Of a stretch of 64,000 bases of DNA, positions 48,551 through 63,041 are shown piece by piece. This DNA comes from Anthoceros angustus (lineage: Eukaryota > Plantae > Anthocerotophyta). The DNA lies in the NCBI GenBank assembly GCA_010909165.1, contig VJWM01000253.1, forward strand, positions 1 through 64,000, written 5' to 3'. Position 1 is the stretch's first letter. Every line of letters starts with the position of its first letter. Under the pieces are notes generated by a model. The model was not told where the DNA came from, made no database searches, and saw only the letters and a program-made list of their open reading frames with translations. A program made the translations under genes and the position numbers.

Positions 48551-49305
48551 GTTACCTCCTCACAGCGGGTCGCCCGATCAACCAGCGTTCCCTGCGGGAT
48601 GTCGCACAAAGTCTCGAACACGGCCTGGGTGAGGTGTCCCCTCGACGCGTCCACCAAGGTAGTAAGTCGGTGATAATCCGGTCAAGACTAGGCTGATCTT
48701 GACCACACTTGGAATTACGCACTACTCACGCCGTCCTCCCTCCCTCTTCTTCCTCAGAGATGAGCTAGATCCACTCACAGGTTCCCAATGTTGAGAAGGC
48801 CCAGCTTCCACAAATGAAGCTCTTAAATTCAACCCAGTATCCTCGTTCATGCACCTCTTCTTCACGTTTGCCTTGCGGCACCAATTCTTCCTCGACAACC
48901 TCCTTTCTTCTTCACTCGTGCCTCTTCTTCACTAGCAACCTCCTCCTCTTCTTATCGGCGCCCTTGCAAGCAAGCGCCAAAAGCGGCTTCTTCCTCAATT
49001 GCCCGTGCCTCTTCTTCCTCTTGAATTCGGCGTGCTGCAGTTGCAGCACTTTCTTCGCATAATCGTTCCCTCCTTGCAGCTCGTAGATCTCTAGCGAGGC
49101 AGTGGGCGATCTCCCTCGTTCAACTCTTATCCCCTTCCTCCTGCTAGACATCTGCAACCATCCTCATGACCCTTCAACACACATTTGTCAATATGGGAAA
49201 CCCCACACTGCCTCCATCGGCGTGGGAGTTCACCAACAACAATCAACTACAGAGATGGGTTTCCCCACACGTCTATCAAGGCACAAGATCCCGACAGCGC
49301 CAAAA

Positions 49306-50498
49306 TGTGGTGGGCGGATCCGGGGCTTTTCACCACTGGCGTCCACACTTATCCCGTCGTTTACGCGTTGGGTTTCGTCCCATGAGACTTGTGGAGCAGT
49401 CGGATCTTGAGAAATCGTCTATTACACACTACCTCGGCCTTCTAAACAAGCAAGGCGCCTCTCACGCTCCTCTCGGCTACACGCTTTGCCCGTTTGCGCC
49501 TCTACCTGCGACACCTAGTAGGTCCACACCCTGGCATCGGCTACCTGCGTAGACCCCCTGCACAGCGACTTCACCACCCGTGATCACTATTCCTTTCCCA
49601 TCGCCTTCCACAATTGGCACATCCTCAACCACCAACTCGGCGGCGCCACTCGCCTTTGCTCGGGAATCACCACTCCGGACCTGCGACATCCCTGGTGGGT
49701 CCCGCCCCGGTAGGTCCACCGTCTCGCACATAGGGACCCCCTACGGTAGCAGCGACTTCTCCACCCGTGATTTTGAGACCTTAGCCCGGCTTCCTCGGTT
49801 TGGTGCGATTTGGGACCCTCCCAGGCTCGACTTGGGCCTTCTTCTTACTCCTAATCTCTACCTACTCCTCTACTCAACATTCAGCTCCACATTCTCCTCA
49901 ACACTCACCTCAACTCAACTCCTCATCCTCCTAATCTAACCTTACTCAAGCTAGCTCGCCCTTGCACAGCTGCAGTCGCCTACAAGCCAACAAGTTCTTC
50001 CTTGGGCGGTTGCTATGAGTTTGCAGACGTGAGAACCTCCGAGTCTTTCCTGTAGTCTACCCTCAAGAGTTCCTTGGGCATCGCCACACCCAAAGCAAAG
50101 CAATTTCACAACCATTCACAAGGGGAGCAACTGCGGGCGGCAAGGAGCGAGCCCTCCGCCAAGCACTCCGACCGTCGCAAACTCCCTCTCTACGGGCCTT
50201 CGTTAGCTTGCGGTACGAACTTCCTTCAGCAAAGGACTCGCGGTAGGGAGCGCAAGACACGATGATTTTTACTTCACAAGCTCCCTCCTTTTGTAGGAGG
50301 TCCTCACATCTGACCTCCACAGGCGCCCTCACAGCCTTTGCCTCACTCCTTATTTTAGTGTATCCTATGATTTTAAGTTCGACATCCAAGCATCTTGGGT
50401 GAAATTCTATTCTAGCAAATTCTACCTATGTGAGCCTTAATGGCTCACTGTCAACATTCCTATCCAGCTAGTCAACACACACCCTCTTTGGGTTGACA
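49306..50498 (-). repeat. Gypsy B LTR shared by B1 (as 5' LTR) and B2 (as 3' LTR)
   Basis: PBS of B1 on its left; the 3' internal end of B2 (same sequence as 38466 onward) on its right. Confidence 0.88.
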
Positions 50499-50929
50499 AG
50501 CATGTCTGTCCTCCCTAAAGAAAAGTCTTCCCCTAAGCAATGAGCCCACGCTCCAAGCTACCACCACCCTCTTCAATTACCTCTAGATGCCGTCGATCCT
50601 ACGGATGTGGGCCACCCTCTACACCTCCTCGGACGTGGGGTCACTTCTTATACCGCCTCCACGCTCTCCTGCAAGAAGGTCTCCCGTGGCGGATCTTGCT
50701 CCATGCCTTCCTCTTCCTCCTCCGAGTCATCCCCTCGGCTTGCTCATTCATTTCTTCCCATTCGACTCATCGACTCCGCTTGGGTCACAAGGTCCATGAC
50801 CTTCAAACCTTGCTTCTAGCATCCTTCTATCATCACGTGGGGGGTGCCAACCTCTCCTCAAAGCTCTACCGGATCGGCCTTGATTCTAGCCGGTCTATTG
50901 GCGAATTAACTTTGTAGGTTGCGATATTT

Positions 50930-53092
50930 GTTCTTCAAGTCTTCCAAGTCTGCGGGCCCACTCCCCACTTCTCTTGCAAAGCCTCCCTTTCCACCAAACA
51001 CTTGTATGGACATAGCATGATACTTCTCCTCCGCATCGTGGACGCCTCAACATCCTCTTTTGCAAGGTATGATCGGCTCTGAACCTTCTCTTACGCACAA
51101 CCAAGCGGCGTACCATGTCCTCGGCTTTCTTGCGACTCTCTTCCTCTTGCGAGGCCCTCGATTAGCTTCTCTCCACAGCCCCTTCTTCTAACTCCGCTTG
51201 GAGAGTCCCATGACTCTTGTAGGGTCTCCTTCTCCCTTCTCAATTCTCCTACCTCGAGGTCCTTGCCATTTAATAACTCATCCTTAGTCTCATGAGGCTC
51301 GGACCTCCTTTACATCCTTCTTGGCCATCGCCATGGCACACACCAATTGTTGGACTTGTTCTCTCTCATCCCTCTCTTCTCCAAGACCCATCCTTCCTTC
51401 TCCTTAGCGCGTGTCACCATAATGCCATCCAACTCTTGCACCATCTCTTGATGCCTCAGCAGCTCCCTCAAGCTCCCATGTAAGTCGCCTTTCTCTTTCG
51501 AGCCTACCTACACTTGACTCTAGCTCTAAAATCCTAGTTTGAGCTGCCCTTAATTCTTGTATCCACGTTCCCTCTTGAGGCCCCAACACCCTAAAGGTAC
51601 CTAGTTCTACTCCTTCCCTGATTTATGAGGTAGCCCACTTAGGAGGTAGCTACAACATGGGCAAGCCTCCTCTCATCCAAGTTCCTTGCTATCCTCCCAC
51701 ACCTCTCCCAAAGTGTCCAAGTCGCCACGGATGTTTGAGACATCCATGGGTCGTTCAATTCAAAACCATGTCACCCCTAGCTCCATTCTGGCTCATGTGA
51801 GCGCCTCCTTCCTGGGCCCCTCCATGCCTATCCATAGGCCTATCCATCCTGCCACTCCACTAGGAGCAGCCCCTCGCTATAGGTAGGGACACTTGCACCC
51901 CCTCACTACCTCGGGTGCCACACCGTCGTGGGGACTCGACCCTCGCTCACTCCCTGTGGGTGCCTCACCCCCTCAGTCATCGATCTGCCCCTACCGTAGA
52001 CAGCGGTGGGCCTCCCCTCGGCCCATGGGTTATGCTAGCCCTTCCTACTTGCCCAAGTTCCGCCGTGGCTGGTTTCTCCTTCTCTTCCTCCCATACCGCT
52101 CTTCTTGCGGCTTCCTCGCAATGGAAGCCGCCTTGACTCTCTCCGAGGCTTCTTCGCTCTCCGCCGTGAGAGTGGATCCAACTCACCCTCCTACCACCTT
52201 CTTCCCGATGCTCTCATTTGAATGAACTTCTTCTCCTCCTTCACTGCGTGGGACAGTAGTAGGCTCCTCCATTGCTTTCCTCTTCTTCCCGTCTCTTGTT
52301 GGGGACTTCTCTCACGGGCTTAGGGACTCCTGCATCCAATGATACCACTTGGAATCCATCTTGGAAAATTCCAATTCACGCTTCAATAATCCTTGGAGCT
52401 CATAAATATGAATCGGTGGGTGGAGGTATGTATTTCTCGTGCTCTTGGATTCCTCGCATTGGGTATAAGCAACCTTCCGCGTGCGTATAAACATCATACA
52501 TTACCATTCCCCAATGCGGGTAGCCCCTAGACAACCTCCGGATGAAATATAGCTGCGCATCACTAAGATATGTCTTCCGTTGCACTCACCAATCAAGGAG
52601 AATCTTAGCAAATGTTCTCCATTTCTCTTCCTTGAGTTCTTGATTACCAACCACCTTTCTCCCTAGACTTATGCAGCGTTGTAACATGTCCATAGCTTTC
52701 TCAAGTAGCTCATGACACTTCCGATTCTCCTTTTCTCTTCCCCTTCTCCTCAACCTTCCTTTCAAGCTCCATAATGCAATCCCTCACAGGCCTCCTCATT
52801 TGGTCTTCCATATACCTTCGGATGTGTTGTCGGCCCACAGATCGATCCTTGCATCCCTATTTTCCAGTCCTCAGTTCTGCCGTGGCATAGTAAGTTTAAA
52901 CACTCCTCTATCATCTCCAAGTTGACATAGGCCCGATGGCGGCCATACACCCATTGCAATTGCGTTGGGTTCTCCAAAATGCTACCAAGTGCCTAGCCTC
53001 CACATGCGAGAAGCAATTAAATTCGGGCATCATGCCTCTTCTCTGGCTCCTAGCAGCAATTTGCCCTTCTTAGGTGCGGGCGCTTTCACCAT
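50930..53092 (-). pseudogene. Gypsy B2 extra ORF downstream of pol
   Basis: MVKAPAPKKGKL start at 53092; QWVYGRHRAYVNLEMIEECL; PHWGMVMYDVYTHAEGCLYPMRGIQEHEKYIPPPT. Confidence 0.6.
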
Positions 53093-54399
53093 CTTGCACC
53101 TTCAAAATAACTACATAGACAATACAAGCTTGGGCGCACGTGCTCGTTTCCACCTAGTTGCCACCTCGGTGCCTACACACAATTGTGAGATTTCTTCACT
53201 CGCCACAAGATCCACCAAGTGAGCAACTTCCCCTTCTCCACTTACTTCCTCTTCACTCCACGGTCCCACCTAGCTCAAACTTGGTGTCCTCACAACATAC
53301 ACCTCCTTACGCCCTCCCTCACAGGTTGGACACACAAAAATCAGCGCCCTTGCTCTCTTCACGATCGTGCTTCAAATCCCTTCACACACCCTTATGCACA
53401 CCTCCTTCTCCTTGCACACACCGCGTTCCACCAAGTCCTTGCTCTAGCTTTCCGTGCATGCCCAAGCTCTTTCGCGATTCCTCACGGACTTCCTAGGTGC
53501 TCCCTACACCCGCTTGCATGGCCCTTTGGTTGTGAGAAAACTCTTGATATAGGGTTGATTCCTTGCCGGTGGCACTATTTTCCACCGTCCTCGATTTAGT
53601 AGCCCTACTTATAAACACCCTACACCACTTACATATTTATGGATTATTATTCCTAATATACCCTATTTATCCTCAACCTTGCATATCTGACCCTTTTAAC
53701 AACTTCCTACCTTGCATATACGCTTTTTAACAACTTCTAGGTTGAAACACTTGCCTATCTGGCTTGCTTCCCAAGTATCCAAGTAGGGTGTCGCCCCCGC
53801 CTGCTTGCCCGTGGGAGACCTCACCACTCTCGGTGAGACACTCTCGACACTCTCATCCTACCTACCTATCCAACTTCACGTGTGAGGGTGTCACCCCGTC
53901 TACTATGTAGGGTCACCTTGGTCACCCTACTGCTTCACCTCCCTTCATACTACTTGCATCTCTCCCTACTTATGGACGCCCTACCTATCCTATGTAGGGT
54001 CACCCGTACTACCCTGCATACTACCCCACAAGGTGTCGTCCTACCCACGCCCATGTGGGGACCGCCCTATCTGTAGGGTCACCTTTGTCACCCTACACTA
54101 AGGTCATCACCCTCGCCTCTAGGGTCACGCCCACCCCTACATCACCACCCTTCGCCACTATCACCTACATCTACCCTTGGGATGCACCTCCCCCCTACGG
54201 TAGTGCCATGCCTTCACCACCACCCCTACACCTCCTTGGCGTAGGGTGCACCCTCAAACCCTCTCCCTACCCAAATATAACAATGAAACACCCCACACAA
54301 AGGTGCCCCATCCGTGTGATCCACCCCTAGGACGCTTAACTCTAGTTCTTACATTCCATTGTCCAACACACCCAATTGGCTTGTGCATAACACTCATCA

Positions 54400-57300
54400 A
54401 GAATAAAATGAACTTATCCTCTCTGAACTTCTCACGCCTCCACAACATCTCGTACCAACCCTCCTTGCTATCCATGTCTCCTCATGGTCATCACACGGCC
54501 TCCCTTCACGTTCACTTGCATTACTGCAAATTCCGCCGTCGTGATGCACACCCGTGGTGATCTCTTCTTACACTCACTTGAGTCGAGCTTCCACCAAGAA
54601 ATACCCAGCAATTCCTTTGGCACTTTTCGAGTTCGTCTTGATCCAAGTTTTGTCAACTCCAACCAAAAATAATGGCCCAAAGTTTTGCATTTCACATCCT
54701 CCCACTTGTTTGCGTCTCGCAAACAACACTCTGTGCAAAGTACCTCTTCACTTTCCATCCATTCACCACGGTAGGGAGTGGCTCCCGTCTAGCTCCTTCA
54801 ATTGTGAGCCGTTTTTATACACAGCCATGACCTCATAAGGTCCCATCCACCTCAACCTAAGCTTCCCTGGGAAATCCATATATCGGCTATCATAGAGAAG
54901 AACCAAATCCCGGACACAATAGCCGCTTCTCGTAACTTCCCGTCATGTCTATCCTTCCTAAGCTCCACGGATGCGTTGGGTCTCCTCAAAGCATCCTCCT
55001 ATCTTCCTCATGCCCAATGAAAGACTCCAATCTAGCTACTATCCTCTGAGACATCGCTCATCCTCCATGATTCTATAGGGTAGGTACCTCAAATTCAACA
55101 GGCATCACGGAGACATCCCATATGTTAAATAATAGGGTCTTCTTGGTGGTCACCTTCTCTGCTGTCACTGTAAGCCCATAGCCGAATGTAGCTTAGTGTC
55201 CCAATCATACATGTGAGTCACGATTACCTTGGTCAAGATTGTACACAACAACCCATTCGTTTTCTCCGTCAAACCATTCGCTTTGGGATTGTAAGGAGTT
55301 GTCTTTCGATGCGAATGTTGAAGTAGGTGGTGAGAGTCTCGATCACGAGTTGAGAAATGAGTTCCCATCAGCGACCAACTCAAAGGACATCCATACCTCG
55401 TTATAATGTTCTCAAGAGAAACTTTGCTCTGCGGTCGTCGTCCTTCCTTGTTGCTTGACCTCCACCATCTTTGTACAATAGTCCGTAGCCACCGATATAT
55501 TGCTTCCTTGTCCATTGTGTGGGTGGCTTGATTGGACCTACAAAATCTATACCCACTTCTCAAATGGTGCCAAAGGTAGTATGTAGGTGAGAGGCCCTTT
55601 GTGTTGACAAAGTGGGCCTTCCAACCCTCGACACGCATCACACCTCCTAATAAATTCCACACATCCCTGCATTGTAGCCCACAGCCTGCATCCAAGACCT
55701 TCTTCACGGTGATTTGCGTCGAATAATGACCACCACCTCTTACGCATGTAAAGCACATGACCAAAAGCAGCTTCTCTAATTTCCGGACATCGCCGAATCT
55801 TCTCGTCGGACCAAGCTTGTAAGACCCCATCTCGTAGGCAATAAGGGGCTGTCTTGTGGAAAAACAGCTCGCCCTCCCTAGACAAACCATCGGGCATGAT
55901 TCCATGCTCTAGAAAATTTCGTACCTCACCATTTCAGATCTTGGGCATGAACGCCCCTCACGTTCTAATCCTCCTTCCACGCATACCATCGCCTCCTGCT
56001 AGCTCGCCCACCAGCAGCCCCAGCGTTGTTCCATCCACAAATCCAGTTTCTCCCGCTTTGTCCATCTTTGCAAGTTTTGAGCTGCGGCCCGTTTGCATGC
56101 TCCTCCTCCAACAACGTTCGGTTCTTCCATTCCTGCTGGTCTAGCCTCATGTCCAGGTCCAGCTCGTGCTCCCATGGCGACCTCCTCGCCTTGCACCTCC
56201 ATGGCCACCTCATGAGTGATTTCCCATGAATCGCCATTTTCTTCTCCGTTTTGCTCAAGCTTCTCATGGGATGCATCTCGCCCTCTCGCACCTACCTCCC
56301 TAGGGCCTTCTCCTTCCACGGCCCCATGGCGCCACGGCCTCGCCAAGTGGGCGCCCTTTTGCTAGCGGCTCTCATGTCCGTTTTGCTTCTTTCTTTTGCC
56401 AACGTGGCCTCCACTTGCAGCCCTCCTGACTGCTCACCCTTGAGGAGCATTCCAGCCTCCTCCTCGCGCCCATACTGGCGCCCTTTTATCCCCTCTCGGT
56501 TCCAGTTGTCTGCTGCGGCCTTTCTGCTGGCGCTCCTTCTTGCTCATTTGACCTCTGCTGGCAGCAAGGCTTGCTGATCAATCCTTAGGCCGTCACAACA
56601 TGCTCACGTCCTCCCCTTGACCCAGGCCGTGGCAACCAACTCCTCGTCAATCGGTCATCATGGCAAGTCGCTCTCCAGTTTCGGGGCGATCGGCATTACG
56701 ATCTTGCTTCCACCTAGTTTCTACGTCATAATCAAACTCTTGCAGCAGTAGTACCACACTGGCAATCCTTCGACAAATGCTTGTTCACAAGGTACAACGC
56801 AAAATGGATCAACATGAAGCGTCACTTTGCAAGCAAGCGGATAGTGTCTAAACTTCTTGAGTATATGATGCCAAGACCTTCCCTCTGTGGTTGAATAATT
56901 TCTCTCGGCATCCGTAAGTTGTCTCCGGCATAGAAAATTCGGATGATCCGTTTCTTCTCGTCCTTACGGCTTAAGATGGTCCCAATGGCATAGCGGACAC
57001 ATCCGTATACATGGAATGGTTTTCCCAATCGGTGGTTGTAGCGTTGGCGCTCACCAAGCTATCCTTTAAGCCTGAAGGCTTCACCACCTTGCCTCTCCAT
57101 TCAAGGGCATCCTTCTTGGTCAAGCTTGTCAACAAGGCCGCCTTCTTGGCAAAATCCTTGATGAATCTTCTATAGTAACCTACCAAACCTATGAAAGCAC
57201 GCTTTGCTTTGCGTGGCGTCCATCTCGCTATCACCACCTTTCCTATCTACCCACAAACCCCTCACTTTGAAACTCGATGTGCTAGTAAGATTCCTTGTCA

Positions 57301-58850
57301 TGCCAAAATAACACTTCCTGGATGAAGTTTCATGTTCGACTCCACGCCGAAACATTGTCTCGGTGCTCGGATGCAATTTCCTTCTTCAAACACAAAAATC
57401 ATCTAGGAAGACCTCCATGAACTTCCTCAAAAATCTCGGAATATGGCATTCACTACGCTGAAAAGTGGGGGCATTGCACAACCCGAGCAACTTAGAATAA
57501 GCATAGGTACCCCAATCCGTTGTGAGCGTGGTCTTGTCCAGGTCCTCCTTCCTCGGAGATGGTTGTAACCGAATAACCATCAGAAGCTATACATCTCGCC
57601 ACCTGCGGTGTCGACGCTGTCCATGAAAGGCAAGGGATGGTGGTCCTTCTTTGTGGCCTCGTTAAACTTCACGAAATCTTGACACACCGCTTTCCTTCTT
57701 TGTTTCTTTGGTACAATCACGATGGGTGCCACCCACTCGCTTGTTAACCGGATAAATCACCCTGCCTCCAAGTATTGGTCTAGGCGATCCTTGACCACCA
57801 TAGAGTACTTAGGATTCATCTATCTTGCTTGATCCTTCGAGTCTTGCCCTCCTTCAATCTATTCGATGTACCCCAATTCTTGAATTCTGTCATGTCGGTA
57901 ATCTTGAAAGCAAATATGTCTACATATTCCTAAGGACCTACAAAACTCCTTCTTCTCTACCACATCTAAGTACCTGAAATCTTGACTACTTTGCTAGGTT
58001 CTAGCTCTAAGTCTCACGACATCTGGATCTACATAGGTACCCTCCGGACTACTACCTGTTCCACGATACTTCATCGGAAAATCTCGATCATATGCTCTCC
58101 CTTCCAAAAGGCTACCCCTTCTGTGCTCCACACCTTAGATCATCTTCTCAGTGGCTTCTACTTGTAGGCGGTACACCAACTTGGGTTTTATTTCCACCAC
58201 TTATTGAGGTCCCGATAAGCGGTCACTACCGAAGAGCTTACCCCCTCAAGTATATCACCAGACGGAGTTCGGACCTCATAGGGTGCCTTGCTCCATGACA
58301 CAAAAGCTACCTCAGTGGCCCTACTCTGACTTAAAGGTGATACCACTACGACCAAAATCGAAAACACAGATTAGCCACAACCAAGGTCTTCCTATCAAGA
58401 CCTTGTAGCCTAGATCGACCTTTGGTCTCATGACAATGTAGGTAAGATGGAATGTGAGACCACCAATCACGGTTGGCACATTCTCAACACTCTAACGGTT
58501 TCCTCCTTGTTTGTCCGCCATCCTCAAGAATACCCGGATTGGGAACTTGGTGAAACCAATGGCGTCTCCCTCGTCATCAAGTTGACTTGATCCGAATCTA
58601 ATGGCACATTGGGCACCAAGCACCACCAATCTCAATTTCAATTTCTGCCCCAAATCAACAAGCTCAACCACGTTTACCTCCGGATCCATCGGCCTCCTTC
58701 GTCCCCAGGTTGAGATCCCCTAATGCCTCCTTCACAATTTTGCGGGATCTTGGACTCACCGCAAGTGTCTCAAAAGTGACAAATTCTCGGTCCAATGCAT
58801 GGCCGGAGATCTTATAAACGTTTCCTCCCGTTTGCAGCCCGATGCTGGTC
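54400..58850 (-). pseudogene. pol: Gypsy B2 pol, frameshifted
   Basis: AFIGLVGYYRRFIKDFAKKAALLTSLTKKD; TLTTDWGTYAYSK.LGLCNAP.F..FLRKFMEVFLDDFCV; HSHRKTTPYNPKANGLTEKTNG. Confidence 0.92.
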
Positions 58851-59804
58851 GGCTCCGACCTTATTTTTCTCACTCTTGGTCCTCTATGATTGGGACTCCA
58901 TGATCGTGATTCACAACTTGGGTTCCGCCTCTACCTCCATCTTTGCATCTTGAGTGAGCCTTCTTAGCTCGTCCTCCAACATTGCTTTCTTCCCTACTAA
59001 TGTCGGGAGAAACACCTTCCTCCCCTCCTCCGCTTCTGGGTAGGTCGCCCTCCCCGCAGGCACCTACCCCTAGCTTCCCTCATGGACCTCCTCATTTCCT
59101 CCTCCTCTCCAAATTCCGGCTTCCACGAGTCTCTGGCCAAGGTGAGTCCTCCTCACCTTCCTCTTCTTCGTTCCTCTCGCTCGGCGCTTTTCCGGTCCTC
59201 GTCGCTCGGATCTAGTGGTGACCTTGGCCACCAAGCCTTCTTCCTCACTCATTTCTCCCTCATATCCTTCTTCCACAATCCCGAATACATTGTTCATCCG
59301 AGATCAGTGCAGCCCACCTTCAAAGCGGCGTTGAAGTCACGGTGATAGCGTTTGGGTTGGTGCTCCCTTATTGTGCTCTGAACCTCACTCACAGACGTCG
59401 GCTACCACTCTGAACACCTCGGATCTCGACCTTGTGTCCCCCTTGCACACTTGAGAAAAGGTACATACCCCATTTGTCTCTTTGGTTACGGGCAATCATT
59501 GGAATAGTGACCGGTGCTCCACAATTGTAACAACATCCGGTGGAATGAATCATTGGTTGAGATGGTTGGTCTCCATGGACTCCGGGGTAGCGGACCCGTA
59601 CCTCATGATTGCGGTCTTGCGGTTGGTAGGTTGCCCTCATCGGTGAGGCGGTGACCTCCTGCTGCTTTAAGCCTCATCCACATACCAATAATCACCGGGC
59701 ATGACCGGCTCCACATGATTCGCATGGCGGGGCTCGATACATTCCGGTTGGTGTGCAGTTGGTGACAAATCGAGCAATACACCAAGCTGTCTTGCGGGGA
59801 GGCG

Positions 59805-62800
59805 ATCTGTGGCTTGATTCTTCACAGCCTTGACTTCCAACTCGTTAATCGCTTGTCAAAGCCTTCAACGCAATTCCTCCTCCTGCGGTGGGCGTTTCTC
59901 CCTTCTCCATCCGCGCCTTGTTTTCCCTTTTCTTTCCTTCTCCGGCTCGGCCTCCTCTTGCCTCTTCTTAACCTTCTCTAGATCTTTCCTCATCCATTGG
60001 TTTCTCGGATTCTTCATCGGATGACGAGTTTTCCTGGTACCACTCTCCTCACTCTCGGAAGATGAAGATGAAGATGAAGAGGGGAGGAAGAAGAAGACAA
60101 ACTAGATCTCTGGACCCCTTCCTCTTCTTGACTCCTTCTCTTTTCCTCCTCCTTCCAACTCTGCACTCCACTCTTACTTCGGATTGCTCCGGCCAAAGTT
60201 TTAGTCCCTCGTCGACAATGTACCTCCATTTTCCTTGATAGACGCTCACAAACCAATCCAGGCGCTTGCTCTGAGTAACAGGTGGGAGGATTGCAGTCCA
60301 GTGCACACTTGGACTCGATCAAATATCCATAGAACCTTCAACGTAATCAAACAATGACTCCTTCTCTTTTCCTCCTCGCCCAACTCCCGACTCCCACTCT
60401 CCGCCAAGCGGATTGCTCCACAAAGTTTTAGTCCCTCGTCGACAATGTACCTCCATTTTCCTTGATAGGCCGCTCACAAACCAATCCAGCTTGCTCTGAG
60501 TAACGATGTGGGAGGATTAGTCAGTGCACACTTGGGGACTCGATCCAAATATCCATAGAACCGCTCAACGTAATCAAACAATGACTCCGTTTCTTCCTGC
60601 GAAGGGTCTCAACTTTGCCAGGTGTGGTGGGCATGGCGAGCCCTCGGCGGATTCAAGTCTTCAAGAATCCCAATCTCAGGCGCGCCCGTGGTTCGGCCCA
60701 ACCTTCTGGGCATGCCCCTCGGCCGGGAAAGGGCACGGTCGACGGTGTCCTCCAGTTAGCATGAGACACATGCTCAAAGTGCGCTAAATGCCTCGGCGTC
60801 GCCCTTCTTCTTCTCCCAAACTTGACATATTGTTGCCGGGAGGTTGAGGCAAACCTCCTCCCCCCTCAGTTCCACTCATGTTACTTGGATTGTACTGTGA
60901 ATTCAAGTTACCTCCTCTGTGGCTGCGGATCAACCAGCGTTCTGCGGGATGTCGCACAAAGTCTCGAACACGGCCTGGGTGAGGTGTCCCCTGGGCGTCC
61001 ACCAAGTAGTAAGTCGTGGTAATCCGGTCAAGACTAGCGCAAGATCTTGACCACACACGAATTACTTTTCTCCGCCGTCCTCCCCTCCTCTTCTTCCTAG
61101 AGATGAGCTAGATCCCACGGCTCACAGGGGTTCCCAATGTTGAAGGCCCGGCTTCCAAATGAAGTTCTTAAATTCAACCGTATCCTCGTTCATGCACCTC
61201 TTCTTCCGTTTGCCTTCACCAATTCTTCCTCGACAACCTCCTTTCTTCGCTTCTCCAAGTGACCTCGTCGCCCTCTTCTTCACTAGCGCAACCTCCTCCT
61301 CTTCTTGGCTCACCTTGCAGCAAGCGCAAAGCGGCTTCTTCCTCAATTGCCCGTGCCTCTTCTTCCTCTTGAATTGGCGTCTGCGGTTGCAGCACTTTCT
61401 TCTCGTGTGGCACGATTCTTCCAGCCTTGACTTTCCGTTAATCGCTTGGTCAAGGCTTCAACGACCCGCAATTCCTCCTCCTGCGGTGGGCGTTTCTCCC
61501 TTCTCCATCCGCGCCTTGTTTTCCCTTTCTTTCCTTCTCCGATCGCGCTCGCCTCCTCTTGCCTCTTCTTAACCTTCTCTAGATCTTTCCTCATCCGTCG
61601 TTCGTAGGCTTTCTCGATTCTTCATCGGATGCGAGTTTTCTGGTACCACTCTCCTCACTCTCGGAAGATGAAGATGAAGATGAAGAGGGGAGGAAGAAGA
61701 AGAAGACAAACTAGATCTCTGGACCCCTTCCTCTTCTTATGACTCCTTCTCTTTTCCTCCTCCTCCCAACTCTGCCGACTCACTCTTACGCCATTGCTCC
61801 GGCCAAAGTTTTAGTCCCTCGTCGACAATGTACCTCCATTTTCCTTGATAGACCGCTCACAAACCAATCCGCTTGCTCCTGCGAGTAACGATGTGGGAGG
61901 ATTGCCGAGTCACGGTGCACACTTGGGGACTCGATCCAAATATCCATAGAACCGTTCAACGTAATCAAACAATGACTCCGTTTCTTCCTGCGAAGGTCCT
62001 CAACTTTGCCAAGGTGTGGTGGGCATATGAGCCCTCGGCGATTGAGGTCTTCAAAGAATCCCAATCTCAGGCGCACTTGCCCGTAAGTTATTGTACCGCT
62101 GGGCATGCCCCTCGGCGGGAAAATTCGCAATCGATCACGGTGTCCTCCAGTTAGCATGAGACACATGCTCAAAGTGCGCACAAATGCCTCCGGCGTCGTC
62201 GCCCTTCTTCTTCTCCCAAACTTGACATATTGTTGCCATTGTGAGGTTGAGGCAAACCTCCTCCCCTCATGTTACTTGACATTGTACTGGAATTCAAGTT
62301 ACCTCCTCACATGGCGGTCGCCCGATCAACCAGCGTTCCCTGGCGGGATGTACAAAGTCTCGAACCACGGCCTGGGTGAGGTGTCCCCTCGGACGCGTCC
62401 ACCAAGGTAGTAAGTCGTAATCCGGTCAAGACTAGGCGCAAGATCTTGACCACACTTGGAATTACGCACTACTCATCGTCCTCCCCTCCTCTTCTTCCTC
62501 GAAGATGAGCTAGATCCCACGGCTCACAGGGGTTCCCAATGTTGAGAAGGCCCAGCTTCCACAAATGAAGCTCTTAAATTCAACCGTATCCTCGTTCATG
62601 CACCTCTTCTTCCGTTTGCCTTGCACCAATTCTTCCTCGACAACCTCCTTTCTTTGCTATCCGTGACCTCGTCGCCCTCTTCTTCACTAAGCAACCTCCT
62701 CCTCTTCTTCGCTCACAGCGCCCTTGCAAGCAAGCGCCAGCGGCTTCTTCCTCAATTGCGTGCCTCTTCTTCCTCTTGAATTCGGCGTCTTTGCGGTTGC

Positions 62801-62815
62801 GGCACTTTCTTCGTC
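59805..62815. repeat. Nested tandem duplications in B2 gag (~1.5 kb unit, plus a ~230-bp unit inside the first copy)
   Basis: ~59805-61400 is repeated at ~61401-62815. ~60135-60360 is repeated at 60361-60590 with TGACTCC microhomology. B1 has a single copy of each. Confidence 0.85.
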
Positions 62816-63020
62816 GTTCCTCCTTGCTTTAGATCTCTCAGCGGTGAGGCGATCTCCCCGTTCGCTTATCCCCTTCCTCCTGCTGGGCGCTGCAGCCATC
62901 CTCATGACCCTTCACGGTATCAATATGGAAACCCCCACGTGCCTCCATCACGTGGGAGAGTTCACCAACAACAATCAACTACAGAGATGGGTTTCCCCAC
63001 ACGCATCTATCAAGGCACAA

Positions 63021-63038
63021 GATCCGGCAACGGCGCCA
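63021..63038 (-). promoter_or_regulatory. PBS of gypsy B2 (tRNA-Asp)
   Basis: Minus strand TGGCGCCGTTGCCGGATC, complementary to the plant tRNA-Asp 3' end; typical of Athila-like elements. Confidence 0.88.
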
Positions 63039-63041
63039 AAA

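Larger units (their letters stand above)
37242..50498 (-). mobile_element. Gypsy family B element, copy B1
   Basis: LTRs 37242-38465 and 49306-50498; Asp-type PBS 49288-49302; gag ~46700-48550; pol ~42300-46650; extra ORF ~38870-41010. Confidence 0.92.

Noticed and set aside
63021-63038. tRNA gene
   Set aside because: Only the 18-nt complement of a tRNA-Asp 3' end (PBS); no cloverleaf or A/B boxes.
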